Shown here piece by piece: positions 1-9,644 of a stretch of 64,000 nt of DNA. Below the pieces are notes generated by a model. It was not told the DNA's origin. It saw only the letters and a list, made by a program, of their open reading frames with translations, and ran no database searches. The DNA is from Candidatus Micrarchaeota archaeon. Its GTDB lineage: Archaea > Micrarchaeota > Micrarchaeia > Anstonellales > Bilamarchaeaceae. Numbering within the stretch: the stretch's first letter is position 1; each line of letters opens with the position of its first letter. The position numbers and the translations under genes were made by a program. The stretch lies in assembly GCA_043821365.1 (NCBI GenBank), contig JBDRCX010000006.1:608001-672000 (forward strand). The letters run 5' to 3'.

Positions 1-306
1 GGCCCATCATACTTCCAAAGGCTTATGGTAAACTCATATACAAGAAATAGCACAGAATTTGGACTTGAAACATTTGTCATTGGTATTTATGCAAATGATA
101 CTTCCGTTTATGATACTCAAAGTAGACTTGATAGAGAATTATACATTGCAGGAGTACAAACCAAAATCCGAGGGCTTCCTGGATGCAAAAATTATGCTGC
201 ATGTTCTGATTCTCCAAAAACCGGAATATTCGCAGCAAGTGCAAGTGTGATCTCAAGCTATGGTCTTGATGATATTGCATGCGATGTTGGTGCGGGGTGC
301 GACTAA
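1..306 (+). CDS. 5'-truncated hypothetical protein, probably the C-terminus of a pilin-like/secreted protein of the downstream cluster
   Basis: Frame is open from base 1 (GPSYFQRLMVN...). Its TAA overlaps the ATG of the next gene (TAATG at 304-308). Confidence 0.5.
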   Translation, partial: GPSYFQRLMVNSYTRNSTEFGLETFVIGIYANDTSVYDTQSRLDRELYIAGVQTKIRGLPGCKNYAACSDSPKTGIFAASASVISSYGLDDIACDVGAGCD

Positions 307-758
307 TGAAAGGACAATCTTCATTTGAACTTCTTGTTTCGTTCGGTGTTGTTCTAGCATTTACAATACCTGTTTTGTTTTTGTTACTATCATTTACTTC
401 TGTTGGTTATGAAGATGCAGCCAAAGCACAAGCAGATGCAACTGCAAGAACACTTGCAGATACAATGAATACAATTTATGCACAGGGAAATGGTGCACAA
501 AGGGAAATTTTACTTAATGCACCAGTATCAACCCAACAAATCTATGCACAAGATGGTGAGGTTGTTGTTCGTATAAAAACAACAAATGGAGAATTTGATG
601 CAGTTGCTCCAACAATTGCAACAATTAGTACTTCATATTACAATCTTACAGAAGACCAGTACGGTAATTACCAGCAAAAAACCGGTCTTTTCAGAGCCAT
701 CGTAAGTGCAAATGTAACTGGTGGGAATCTGGAGGTAGAGATTGTTGCACCAAACTAA
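306..758 (+). CDS. Class III signal peptide (pilin-like) protein
   Basis: MKGQSSFELLVSFGVVLAF: K-G|Q, E at +5, then a hydrophobic helix. ATG at 306 is coupled to the upstream stop. Confidence 0.8.
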   Translation: MKGQSSFELLVSFGVVLAFTIPVLFLLLSFTSVGYEDAAKAQADATARTLADTMNTIYAQGNGAQREILLNAPVSTQQIYAQDGEVVVRIKTTNGEFDAVAPTIATISTSYYNLTEDQYGNYQQKTGLFRAIVSANVTGGNLEVEIVAPN

Positions 759-1218
759 ATTACGTGGCCAGGTGGCAACGGAATTCTTGCTATACACCTC
801 ATTCTTCATTGTAATTACAATTGCTGCATTTTTGATTGTTAATGAATTACAAAGGTCTGAAATACCTCTCCAACAAAATAAGGTTGTAAAAGAAACTGGA
901 GAAACCTTTGTCAATATAATCACTCTATCTGTTAAGGGTGGGGAAGGTTTTTCCTATTCATATACGTTCCCGAGAACAATATTCGGAATTCCATACCAAA
1001 TAGACTTTACTCATTTGGCTTCCTCGCCAGATTATAATCAATATATCAGTATAATTTGGGAAGGCAGTTACGGAGAATTCATATATGATTATTATGTCCC
1101 AGCATACAATTACTATCCTACTGGGTGCATTGGTGGTGGGATGTTTACGAGTAACAGTTCATGTTCAAATGTATTAACGTTAATAAATGATGGTGAGAAT
1201 CTTACCATAACACAATAG
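742..1218 (+). CDS. Class III signal peptide (pilin-like) protein
   Basis: KLRGQVATEFLLYTSFFIVI motif; GGAGGT RBS at 731-736 before a TTG start. Confidence 0.75.
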   Translation: MLHQTKLRGQVATEFLLYTSFFIVITIAAFLIVNELQRSEIPLQQNKVVKETGETFVNIITLSVKGGEGFSYSYTFPRTIFGIPYQIDFTHLASSPDYNQYISIIWEGSYGEFIYDYYVPAYNYYPTGCIGGGMFTSNSSCSNVLTLINDGENLTITQ

Positions 1219-1226
1219 GTGCAAAT

Positions 1227-1727
1227 ATGAAAGGTCAATATTTTAGTTTTGATGCCATAATCGCTTCGGTTATCTTTGTACTTGCGTTAGTAGCGTTACT
1301 TTCCTATTGGCACAGTGTACGTTCATTTCTGGACTACCAGAATGATCCAATGTCAAAGGAAGCAGTGAGAGTGTCGAATCTTCTTTTCACACCACCAACA
1401 TTTACAACTGGTCTTCCTTCTATCTGTCCAAATATGGAGAGGCTTGGGTTAGCATTTGATTGGACAGACCGAAGAATTGATCCAGATCTTGTTGATTGTG
1501 CTGAAAGCAATAATGGTAATCCAACTTGGTTAAATGAAAAACTCAGTACTCCGTATACTCTTACGTTGGTAATGTCTAATGTTAGTGATGCAAGCCAGTT
1601 TATATCTATTGGAACAGCTCCTACTGATCCTTTACATGTTGTTAAAATTAGACGACTCGGAACTGTCTTAGCTAATGATGGTACAACCTATTTGGTGAAT
1701 TTGGATTTGAGTTTGTATAAAGAATAA
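1227..1727 (+). CDS. Class III signal peptide (pilin-like) protein
   Basis: MKGQYFSFDAIIASVIFVLAL motif (acidic residue at +5) followed by a hydrophobic helix. Confidence 0.75.
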   Translation: MKGQYFSFDAIIASVIFVLALVALLSYWHSVRSFLDYQNDPMSKEAVRVSNLLFTPPTFTTGLPSICPNMERLGLAFDWTDRRIDPDLVDCAESNNGNPTWLNEKLSTPYTLTLVMSNVSDASQFISIGTAPTDPLHVVKIRRLGTVLANDGTTYLVNLDLSLYKE

Positions 1728-1744
1728 ATTAAAAAATAAAAAAA

Positions 1745-3052
1745 TTATTTACTTTTTGTTATTATTTCAATGTTATCAGGTACTTTGTTCACATTTCCTA
1801 TCTTCAGACCAATAAGCAATTTTATTCCTTGTTTTGAAGCTAGATCAGCAAGTCTTTGCGTAATAATACCATCAAACACTATTGCATGGACACCATTACT
1901 TTCACCCAAAGATTTGATAACATCTCTGACTGCAACCTCGTTGACCTTTTCGATGTTTTCATTGTAGAACCTTGCCTTAAGCGTATTACCAAGTGCATCA
2001 AGTTCTTTCATCAAGTCGTCTTTTGTTAGTTTCTGGGCTGGTTTGTCATCTACATCAAGCCGTGGTACGTCATCTGGAATCTCTCTCTTTTTTGGTTTCT
2101 TTTCTCTTTGTTCGATCGTTGACACAGGTTTTTGTTCAATTATAGGTTCCTCAATTGAAACTTCTTCTATTTGCTGTCTAAATCTAGGCACTTCGTTGTT
2201 GTTTCTTCTTTCTTGAACCCTATTATTCTTGGTGTTTTGTTCGTAGGGCATTCTGTTTCTAAGATGCTTTATTATCTCTTTCCTTGTTAATTCTTCAACT
2301 TCCAAGCCTGCCGGGGCTCTTGCAACAAAATCAATATCCACACCACCTTGGGATAGTTCATTCAATATTATGTCTCCTCCCCTATCTCCGTCAAGGAAAA
2401 GTGTTACCTCTTTCTTTTTAGAAAGGTGAACAATTGTTTTTGTTACTTTTGCTCCGCCTATTGCAACTACGTTTGCAATATCATTCTTAAGCAAGTTCAG
2501 AACATCTGCTCGTCCTTCCACAAAAATAACTTCATTATCTCTTTCGATATTTGGTCCAGAAGGCAAACGATCCTGGCCATATTCAGTTATTTCTGCTGTT
2601 TTGACCTCATCCCTAACTAATTGTGAAATCTCTTTACTTTCAGGAATTTCAGTATTTAGCAGGTTTTTAAGAAGGTTTTTGGCTCTGTCAACAAGATGCT
2701 TTCTCTTTAGATTCCTTGTGTCCTCAACCTTTGTTATCTTTAGCCTTGCTTCGCATGGACCAACCCTGTCAACAGTTTCCAATGCTGCTGCAATTATACA
2801 TGTTTCGACCATGTCAAGGCTGCTTGGGATTTTTATAAGACCAGTTGTTTTTCCATCTCTACCAGAAAGATCAACTTCAATTCTTCCGATTCTTCCATTT
2901 TTCTGAAGATCTCTGAGGTCTAAATCATCACCAAGCAATCCTTCGGTCTGGCCAAAAATTGCTCCAACTACGTCTGGTTTTTCAACCAGCCCACCAATTT
3001 CTACATTTGTATAAATCAAGTATTTTACTGTGTCTATATATGTTTTTGCCAT
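1745..3052 (-). CDS. dnaG: Archaeal DnaG-type primase (exosome-associated)
   Basis: GLVEKPDVVGAIFGQTEGLLG, LQKNGRIGRIEV, TOPRIM motifs VEGRADV and DGDRGG; AGGAGA RBS. Confidence 0.95.
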   Translation of the reverse strand: MAKTYIDTVKYLIYTNVEIGGLVEKPDVVGAIFGQTEGLLGDDLDLRDLQKNGRIGRIEVDLSGRDGKTTGLIKIPSSLDMVETCIIAAALETVDRVGPCEARLKITKVEDTRNLKRKHLVDRAKNLLKNLLNTEIPESKEISQLVRDEVKTAEITEYGQDRLPSGPNIERDNEVIFVEGRADVLNLLKNDIANVVAIGGAKVTKTIVHLSKKKEVTLFLDGDRGGDIILNELSQGGVDIDFVARAPAGLEVEELTRKEIIKHLRNRMPYEQNTKNNRVQERRNNNEVPRFRQQIEEVSIEEPIIEQKPVSTIEQREKKPKKREIPDDVPRLDVDDKPAQKLTKDDLMKELDALGNTLKARFYNENIEKVNEVAVRDVIKSLGESNGVHAIVFDGIITQRLADLASKQGIKLLIGLKIGNVNKVPDNIEIITKSK

Positions 3053-3245
3053 AAAATTTCATCTCCTTTTGTTTTTTGGTGAAATTTTATTATTGAACAA
3101 ATTGTCGTTCAATGCCATAAAAAATCACCATTTTTTATTATTGAACGAAACGTCCGATGGAACGTCGTTACGTTCCATGGACCAATGAAACACAAGGCGT
3201 TTCATCCGGTCGTTCAATGCCATAAATTTCATCTCCTTTTGTTTT
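3047..3245. repeat. Duplicated translation-initiation region of dnaG, enclosing two TTGAACGAC...GTTCAAT units
   Basis: TGCCATAAA(A)TTTCATCTCCTTTTGTTTT occurs at 3047-3075 and 3218-3245. TTATTATTGAAC...GTCGTTCAATGCCATAAA occurs twice between these copies. Confidence 0.85.
3151..3212. mobile_element. Twin-hairpin REP/MITE-like palindromic element (copy 1)
   Basis: CGTCCGAT-GGAACGT(CGTT)ACGTTCC-ATGGACC-AATGAAAC(ACAAGGC)GTTTCATC-CGGTCG; same scaffold as 34521-34581. Confidence 0.6.
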
Positions 3246-3618
3246 CATTTTCTTCTTTTAATTTTTCATACGCTTTACTAGCATTTTCAAAGGTCCGTAT
3301 TCCTAGTGCGTATCCAAAATCTCCCCGTAATTGAAGATCAGCCTTTATCGAGAACCTTTCAAGTTCTTCTTTGGCTTTTTTAGCCAATTGGTGACCTCTA
3401 CGATCAAGATCTGTTAATACAAATACCTTTCTTACCATCGGCTCTTTCTTGACCAACTGTTCACAGCTTAATTTCAAATTCCCGGATATTGTCAGAATTT
3501 TGTCGAATCCCAAATCTTGGAGGGCTTTTTTATCTTTTTGTCCTTCAACAAATATCCATTGGTCTTTGAGTTTTTCCATGATTTTAGTCAGTTTATCGAG
3601 CTTTTCCATGGTTTCCAC
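3229..3618 (-). CDS. Small stand-alone TOPRIM-domain protein (RNase M5-like)
   Basis: IFVEGQKDKKAL and VLTDLDRRG TOPRIM motifs. Confidence 0.85.
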   Translation of the reverse strand: METMEKLDKLTKIMEKLKDQWIFVEGQKDKKALQDLGFDKILTISGNLKLSCEQLVKKEPMVRKVFVLTDLDRRGHQLAKKAKEELERFSIKADLQLRGDFGYALGIRTFENASKAYEKLKEENENKRR

Positions 3619-3746
3619 TATTAACCTCCTGGATCAGCAAAATGAGAGAACTGTGCACTGTTGACCGCCGCAAGGGCTACTTTTCTCTTTCGAGATTGGT
3701 ATTCCATCATAGCTCAATGGCTCAGGTGGCCATCCATGCACAGTGA

Positions 3747-4178
3747 TTATGAAATTGCAGCTCTTTCTTCTATTAAGTCTACTACTACTGGAAATATCTT
3801 CATGATATCTCCTTCGCTTAATATTCCTATGAGTTCATTATCATCATTAACAACAGGGAGTCTCTTTATTCTGTTCTCCCTCATTGCTTTTGCTGCATCT
3901 TCAATTGTAGTATCGGGTTTAACCACCCTTAATGGCCTTGACATTATTTCTTCAACTTTGGTTTTATAAGGGTCAACACCCTTTGCAAGCACTTTGTAAA
4001 CAATATCTCTCTCTGTAATTATTCCTTTTGCATGTTTTCCTGCACTGTCTTCAACGACAATCACTGAACCAACATTAGTTTTTTTCATGAATTTTGCCAC
4101 GTCAAGGATGGTTTTGCCAAATGGTACAACTACGACCTTCTTGGTCATAATATCTCCCACTTTCAAATCTGATCCCAT
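3747..4178 (-). CDS. CBS-pair domain protein
   Basis: Two CBS repeats (VGDIMTKKVVVV...GIITERDI; IMSRPLRVV...RLPVV...GILSEGDI). Confidence 0.9.
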   Translation of the reverse strand: MGSDLKVGDIMTKKVVVVPFGKTILDVAKFMKKTNVGSVIVVEDSAGKHAKGIITERDIVYKVLAKGVDPYKTKVEEIMSRPLRVVKPDTTIEDAAKAMRENRIKRLPVVNDDNELIGILSEGDIMKIFPVVVDLIEERAAIS

Positions 4179-4359
4179 GTTTTAACCTTTACTCGGAAGT
4201 CTTTAAAAACAACACCGAGTGCTGGTCTATTCATATTCTGTGTTATAGGATTTAAATACATTCGCTTTTTTCCATTTTCTACCATTCTCAATTGTTTTTA
4301 CTAATGCCCCTACGTAAGAAACAGCCGCTTAAAAACATTTCTTAGTCAAATTCAAAGTT

Positions 4360-7204
4360 ATGGATTCTGTTGCTATTGATAAGAAATGGTCCAGCAAATG
4401 GGCCGAAGCCAAAGTATTTGAAGTTGATCCTGAACAAGGTAAGGAAAAACGTTATGTAACTGCAGCATTTCCATACCCAAATTCACCTCAACACATCGGT
4501 CATGGTAGGACCTATACTACTACTGATATATATGCCCGTTATTTGAGGATGAAAGGTTACAATGTTCTTTTTCCTATGGCTTTCCATGTTACAGGAACTC
4601 CAATAATAGCAATGGCAAAAAGAATTGCTGATAAAGACGAGGATGTTCTGGGAGTTTTTGAAAGAATTTATGGTATTGATCGAAATACAGCATCGAAATT
4701 AACTGACCCAAAAGATCTTGTAACTCATTTTTCTAAAGAAATAGAATCTGGTATGAAAGAGATGGGGTATTCTATAGATTGGAGAAGAAAATTTTATTCA
4801 TTTGATGTAAAGTTCAATAAATTTATTGAATGGCAGTTTAAAAAACTCCATGATCAGGGCTTGATAGTCCAAGGAGAACATCCAATTCCCTGGTGTCCAA
4901 AAGATAAACAAGCTGTTGGTGGGCATGATACTAAAGGGGATGTTGATCCTGAATTAAAAGAGTTTATCTGGATCAAATTCCGTCTAAAAGAATCTAATTT
5001 AATTTTAATGACAGGTACCACCCGTCCTGATGCTCTACTGGGCCAATCAAATCTTTGGGTTGATTCAAAAAGCAAATATAAAATTGTTCAAGTAAAAAAC
5101 GAAAAATGGGTGGTCGGAGTACCGGCAATAGAGAAGATACGTGCACAATACGATTCAAATGTAAAAATAATCGGTGAAATAGGTGCAGAAGAATTAATTG
5201 GCAAATGGGCCAAGGGACCAATAGTTGATTATGAAATGTATATCCTTCCTGCAGATTTTATTGATAGTAGTGTTGGTTCTGGATTGGTGTATTCTGCACT
5301 TGAAGATCCAGTTGATCTTTATGAATTACGTAAGATCCAATCAAATCCAAATCTCATTACCAAATATAATCTTGATCAAGAGACAACTGCAAAACTCAAA
5401 CCAATTCCAATCATAGACGTTGAGGGCATGAGCCAGGATCTGGGAGATTCCATAGGGAAGGAATTTGGAATCACTTCTGCAGATCAAAAAGACAAATTAG
5501 AAGAAGCAAAAGGAGAACTTAACCGTCGGGTTTTTCGCAAAGGTATTATGAATAAGAATTGTGGGAAATATTCTGGTATGAGTGTACCAAAATGTCAGGA
5601 TACAATCAAAACAGATCTGCTAACTTCTCATGATGCAGTTATGTTTTGGGAGCTTAATAATAAACCAGTTTACTGTCGTTGTGGGGCTGAAGTTGTTGCA
5701 AGCATACTGAAAAACCAATGGTTCATTGATTATGCAAAACCAGAATGGAAAGAAAAAGCAAAAGAATGCCTTGCACAGATGAACATTGTTCCAGATAAAA
5801 CAAGATCAGAATATCTTTATGCAATTGATTGGTTCAAGCAAAAAGCATGTGCTCGTGCAAGTGGTTTAGGCACTAAGTTTCCATTTGATAAAACCCAGAT
5901 GATAGAAGCACTTTCAGATTCAACTATTTACATGGCTTTCTATACTGTTGCGCATCTATTCCATAATTTTGAACCTGATGAACTTACTGAGGAGTTATTT
6001 GATTATGTTTTTCTTGGTAAAGGGAATACTAATCCAAAATGGCAAAAATTAAAGGAAAGTTTTGAATATTGGTATCCTCTTGATTCAAGACATTCGGGAG
6101 CTGATCTTGTTAGGAATCATCTTCCATTTTTCATATTCAATCATGTTGCTATTTTCCCAAAAAAACACTGGCCAAAACAGATTGTAACAAATGGTTTTGT
6201 TCTTATGGATGGAAGCAAGATGAGCAAATCAATGGGAAATATCTTACCATTGAGAAAGGCAATTACAGAATATGGGGCAGATGTTATTCGTTTTTCAGTT
6301 GTTTGTGGTGCTGATCTTTCAAGTGATGCTGACTTCAATAAGAGTGTTGCTGAGGGGGTCCGTTCCAGAATTGCAATCATAAATAAGCTAATTGATGCTT
6401 CTTTAAAATCTACAGCAAAGAGCCACGGAAGAGCTGAAAAATGGCTTCTTTCAAGACTTAACCGCAAAATAGAAAATGCAGAGAAAATGTATGATGAATT
6501 TTATATCCGTGAACTTGCACTTGATATTTTCTATGATGTTATTAGCGATCTTCAGTGGTATATGAAACGTACTAAAGAACCAAATTTGAAAGAGTTTTTC
6601 ATAAAATGGGTGCCTCTTATCGCCCCGTTTATGCCACATTATGCTGAAGAATATTGGGAAAATGCTTGGTCAGAATGCAAAGCATTCTGGACTGTCGCGA
6701 ACTGCTTCTAGTTCGCTCCATGAGCAAAAAGGTTTTGTTGTTGCTTCTTCATTTCCTAAAGCAGATAAAGATGCAATTAGTGATGAAATAGAAGCTGGAG
6801 AAGCTCTTGTTGTGAGAGTTAAGGGGGATATTGAAAATCTTCAAAACCTGTTAAAAATAAAACCAAAAAAGATCATGATCTTTATTGCAGACGATACCAA
6901 GAGAAAAATATATTCTATTATAGCACGTGAGAAAGCATTTGATAAGATTATGAAGGTGGCATCTGCTGATCCTGAAATAAAAACGAAAATGGATATTGTA
7001 CAAAAAATGGCTAAGTCATTAGCAAAGAGTGTCCATTCACTTTCACCACCATCAAGTTCAAAAGAAGAACTAGAAGCAATTGAAAGTGCAGTTGATTTCT
7101 TTAAATCTGATTTTAATTGCGAAGTTGTTGTTGAATTAGAAAGTTCAAAACATGAACGAGCAAGAAATGCAATGCCTGGAAAACCTGCAATTGTTCTAGA
7201 GTGA
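4360..7204 (+). CDS. leuS: Leucyl-tRNA synthetase (archaeal type), split by a +1 frameshift near 6656-6662 into ORFs 4360-6711 and 6641-7204
   Basis: FPYPNSPQHIGH (HIGH), SKMSKS (KMSKS) and a CP1 editing region. The conserved PFMPHYAEEYW continues as MLG...KGFV...FP in the +1 frame and ends KARNAMPGKPAI-like. Confidence 0.92.
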
Positions 7205-7208
7205 ATTT

Positions 7209-7979
7209 ATGGATTTATTCTGGATCAAATTAATACTCTCATTCATTACTGGTGGCGTTTACATTGCATTTACTATTTTTTTATCAGAAAAATTCGGTTC
7301 TAAACTGGGGGGCATTATCCTTGGTTTACCTTCAACAACTCTGATTAGTTTGATCTTCATTGCATGGAGTCAAGATATGTCTGCAGTTGTTGGTGCGCTA
7401 CCAATAATACCCGCAGCAATATCACTTGCATCATTATTCACTGTTGTTTTCATGATGTTTTTTAAACATGGAATTAAAACAGCATTTTTAGTTGCTTTAT
7501 TAATTTGGGCCATCTGCGGTCTATCATTTATATTTTTGGAAATTACGTTTTTCCACTCAATTATTCTTGCTGCAATTATTTTTGCTGCTGCTATTTTATA
7601 TTTGCAAAAATTTCCACATACAAAACTTAAAAAAATCTCCACTTCTTTTCCAGAATTTTTCTACCGTTCGTTTTTTGCCGGAACTGTTATTGTGATCTCT
7701 GTTCTTATGAGCAAATTTATGGGACCGGTTTGGGGAGGTTTATTCGCTGTTTTCCCAGCAGCATTCTCATCTTCTTTGTTTCTACTATCAAATAAATATG
7801 GCTTTAATTTCACATCTTCTGTTGCCAGATCCATGCCATTTGGCAGTATTGGCACTGCAGTATTTGCTTTATCATTGTATTTCCTTATCTTATCACTAGA
7901 ATTTGTACCTGCCATAATCATTTCTTATGTGATTTCGCTTCTATATGCAATTATTATCTATAAATTTTATTTGAAATGA
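7209..7979 (+). CDS. Multi-pass membrane protein with an internal duplication (DUF3147-like)
   Basis: About 8 hydrophobic segments; repeated halves GSKLGGIILGLP and GPVWGGLFAVFP. Confidence 0.6.
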   Translation: MDLFWIKLILSFITGGVYIAFTIFLSEKFGSKLGGIILGLPSTTLISLIFIAWSQDMSAVVGALPIIPAAISLASLFTVVFMMFFKHGIKTAFLVALLIWAICGLSFIFLEITFFHSIILAAIIFAAAILYLQKFPHTKLKKISTSFPEFFYRSFFAGTVIVISVLMSKFMGPVWGGLFAVFPAAFSSSLFLLSNKYGFNFTSSVARSMPFGSIGTAVFALSLYFLILSLEFVPAIIISYVISLLYAIIIYKFYLK

Positions 7980-8534
7980 TCATATGGGGCCTATGGGTTT
8001 CATACTATTTGCTCTCCATGGTGAATCATTACTTTCAGGCATCATTGGTAAACAGTCGTCTGGTAATGGAATCAAAGCCGGAAAGCTCAGTTCTTCAGCA
8101 GTCTGACCAACAAATTCAATTGCATTTTTACTTCCAGATATTCTGGCAAGATTTGATGCAACATCCATCATAGGAGGAGAAACTGCAATTGCCATTCCAT
8201 CTTCTCCGCCACAAATAGTCACAGTCAAAGTTAATTCTTTACCATCAAATTCAGGCATTATTCTTGGTGCCTTTCCCTTTTCAACTACTATTGGTAAACT
8301 AAGCATATCCATTTCTGCTCTTTCTTCTGTTGGAAGACATTCTGGCACCATTGGCATTACAATCCCACTGGTAAATTGAACTTTTGCAGTGGCAGCTGTT
8401 CTTATTGCTTCTACAGCTACTGCTTGTTTGAATCTGTTTAATTCTGTTCTTGTGGAATGTGCTTGATAACCTAAAACAGCAGCCGCCCCCACAGCAACAG
8501 CTAATCCTACTCCTAGTCGCCTATTTGTTACCAT
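7980..8534 (-). CDS. Hypothetical protein with an N-terminal membrane anchor
   Basis: 184-aa ORF, RR followed by a hydrophobic helix; fills the gap between neighbours. Confidence 0.55.
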   Translation of the reverse strand: MVTNRRLGVGLAVAVGAAAVLGYQAHSTRTELNRFKQAVAVEAIRTAATAKVQFTSGIVMPMVPECLPTEERAEMDMLSLPIVVEKGKAPRIMPEFDGKELTLTVTICGGEDGMAIAVSPPMMDVASNLARISGSKNAIEFVGQTAEELSFPALIPLPDDCLPMMPESNDSPWRANSMKPIGPI

Positions 8535-8624
8535 TCAAAAGTCACCATTGTTTTACCTATTATATAACAAACAACCTTTTTTAAATAGTGTTACAAGAAG
8601 TCAATTTGTAAGAAGGAGAATTAT

Positions 8625-9644
8625 ATGAAATTTCTTAAAGTCCAAAAAAAAGATGCTGAAAAAATACGTAAGGAACTAATTTCCAATGAGATTCTTTCAT
8701 CAGAATATTCCGTAATTCAAGATGAAGGAGTTGTACTATTCCCCGTAATTAAAAACTATCTGAATTTTGAAATTATTGAACGTAATGTGAAAAAAAAACA
8801 ACATAAACCAAAAAATCTAAAGGATGAATTATCAAAATTACTTACTGAAAAAGAATCTGAACTGCTTGTTACTTCTTTTGATATCATAGGTGATATTGCC
8901 ATTGTTGAAATCCCAGAAGAACTAATTTTAAAACAACAAAAAATTGGGGAAACAATTCTACAAATCCATAAAAATGTCAAAACAGTTCTAAAAAAATTAG
9001 GGCCAATGGAAGGAGAATACAGAGTCAGAAAACTTGAGGTTATTGCAGGTGAGGATAGAACAGAAACAGTTTACAAGGAAAATGGAGCTCTAATGAAGCT
9101 TGATCTTGCAAAAGTCTATTTCTCTGTTCGATTGGCATTTGAACGTTTACGTATTGCCAATCTGGTTAAACCAAACGAGAAAGTTCTTGTTCTTTTTGCA
9201 GGTGTCGGACCATTTGCATTTGTAATAAGCAAAAAACATCCTGGTGCTAAAATTACTGCAGTTGAACTGAATCCAGATGCAGTTGCCTATATGAATGAGA
9301 ACATAAAACTAAATCATATGACAAATATTAACGCAATTGAATGCGATGCAAGAAATTTCAATGAGAAAAATTTCGACAGAATCATAATGCCATTACCAAA
9401 ATCCGGTCACGAATTTCTAGATGTTGCATTTTCTTCAATTAAAAGCGGTGGCACAATTCATTTCTATTCTTGGGCAGATGCAAAAAATCCATTTGCAGAA
9501 CCAATGAAAAAAGCAAAAGAAATCGCACAAAAAAGCAATGTTTTTATTGAATTTGAAAATATTCGTATTGTCCGTCCCTATGCCCCCAACATTGTCCAGG
9601 TTGTTCTTGATATTTTAGTAAGCACCAATCAAAAATCCAAATAA
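8625..9644 (+). CDS. trm5: Trm5/Taw22-family tRNA methyltransferase (m1G37)
   Basis: SFDIIGDIAIV, YRVRKLEVIAGE, KVYFSVRLAFER, FAGVGPF SAM-binding motif, ELNPDAV, RIIMPLP. Confidence 0.85.
   Translation: MKFLKVQKKDAEKIRKELISNEILSSEYSVIQDEGVVLFPVIKNYLNFEIIERNVKKKQHKPKNLKDELSKLLTEKESELLVTSFDIIGDIAIVEIPEELILKQQKIGETILQIHKNVKTVLKKLGPMEGEYRVRKLEVIAGEDRTETVYKENGALMKLDLAKVYFSVRLAFERLRIANLVKPNEKVLVLFAGVGPFAFVISKKHPGAKITAVELNPDAVAYMNENIKLNHMTNINAIECDARNFNEKNFDRIIMPLPKSGHEFLDVAFSSIKSGGTIHFYSWADAKNPFAEPMKKAKEIAQKSNVFIEFENIRIVRPYAPNIVQVVLDILVSTNQKSK

Noticed and set aside
4190-4220. ACTCGG...CCGAGT inverted repeat around the TATA-like box of the CBS gene
   Set aside because: The arms are only 6 bp and there is a single occurrence; not distinguishable from chance.
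6655-6665. Classical -1 programmed frameshift at GGGAAAA in leuS
   Set aside because: The required shift is +1, and the heptamer is not in the X XXY YYZ phase of the upstream ORF.
6655-6730. Canonical BHB mRNA intron in leuS
   Set aside because: The best 4-bp helices I found (TGCT/AGCA, TGGT/TCCA) give intron lengths of 60 or 50 nt that do not restore the frame, and they lack proper flanking helices. A GGAA/TTCT option (49 nt) restores the frame but has almost no flanking pairing.
9615-9644. 30-nt convergent overlap of trm5 and the presenilin-like gene
   Set aside because: Short tail-to-tail overlaps are ordinary in compact genomes.
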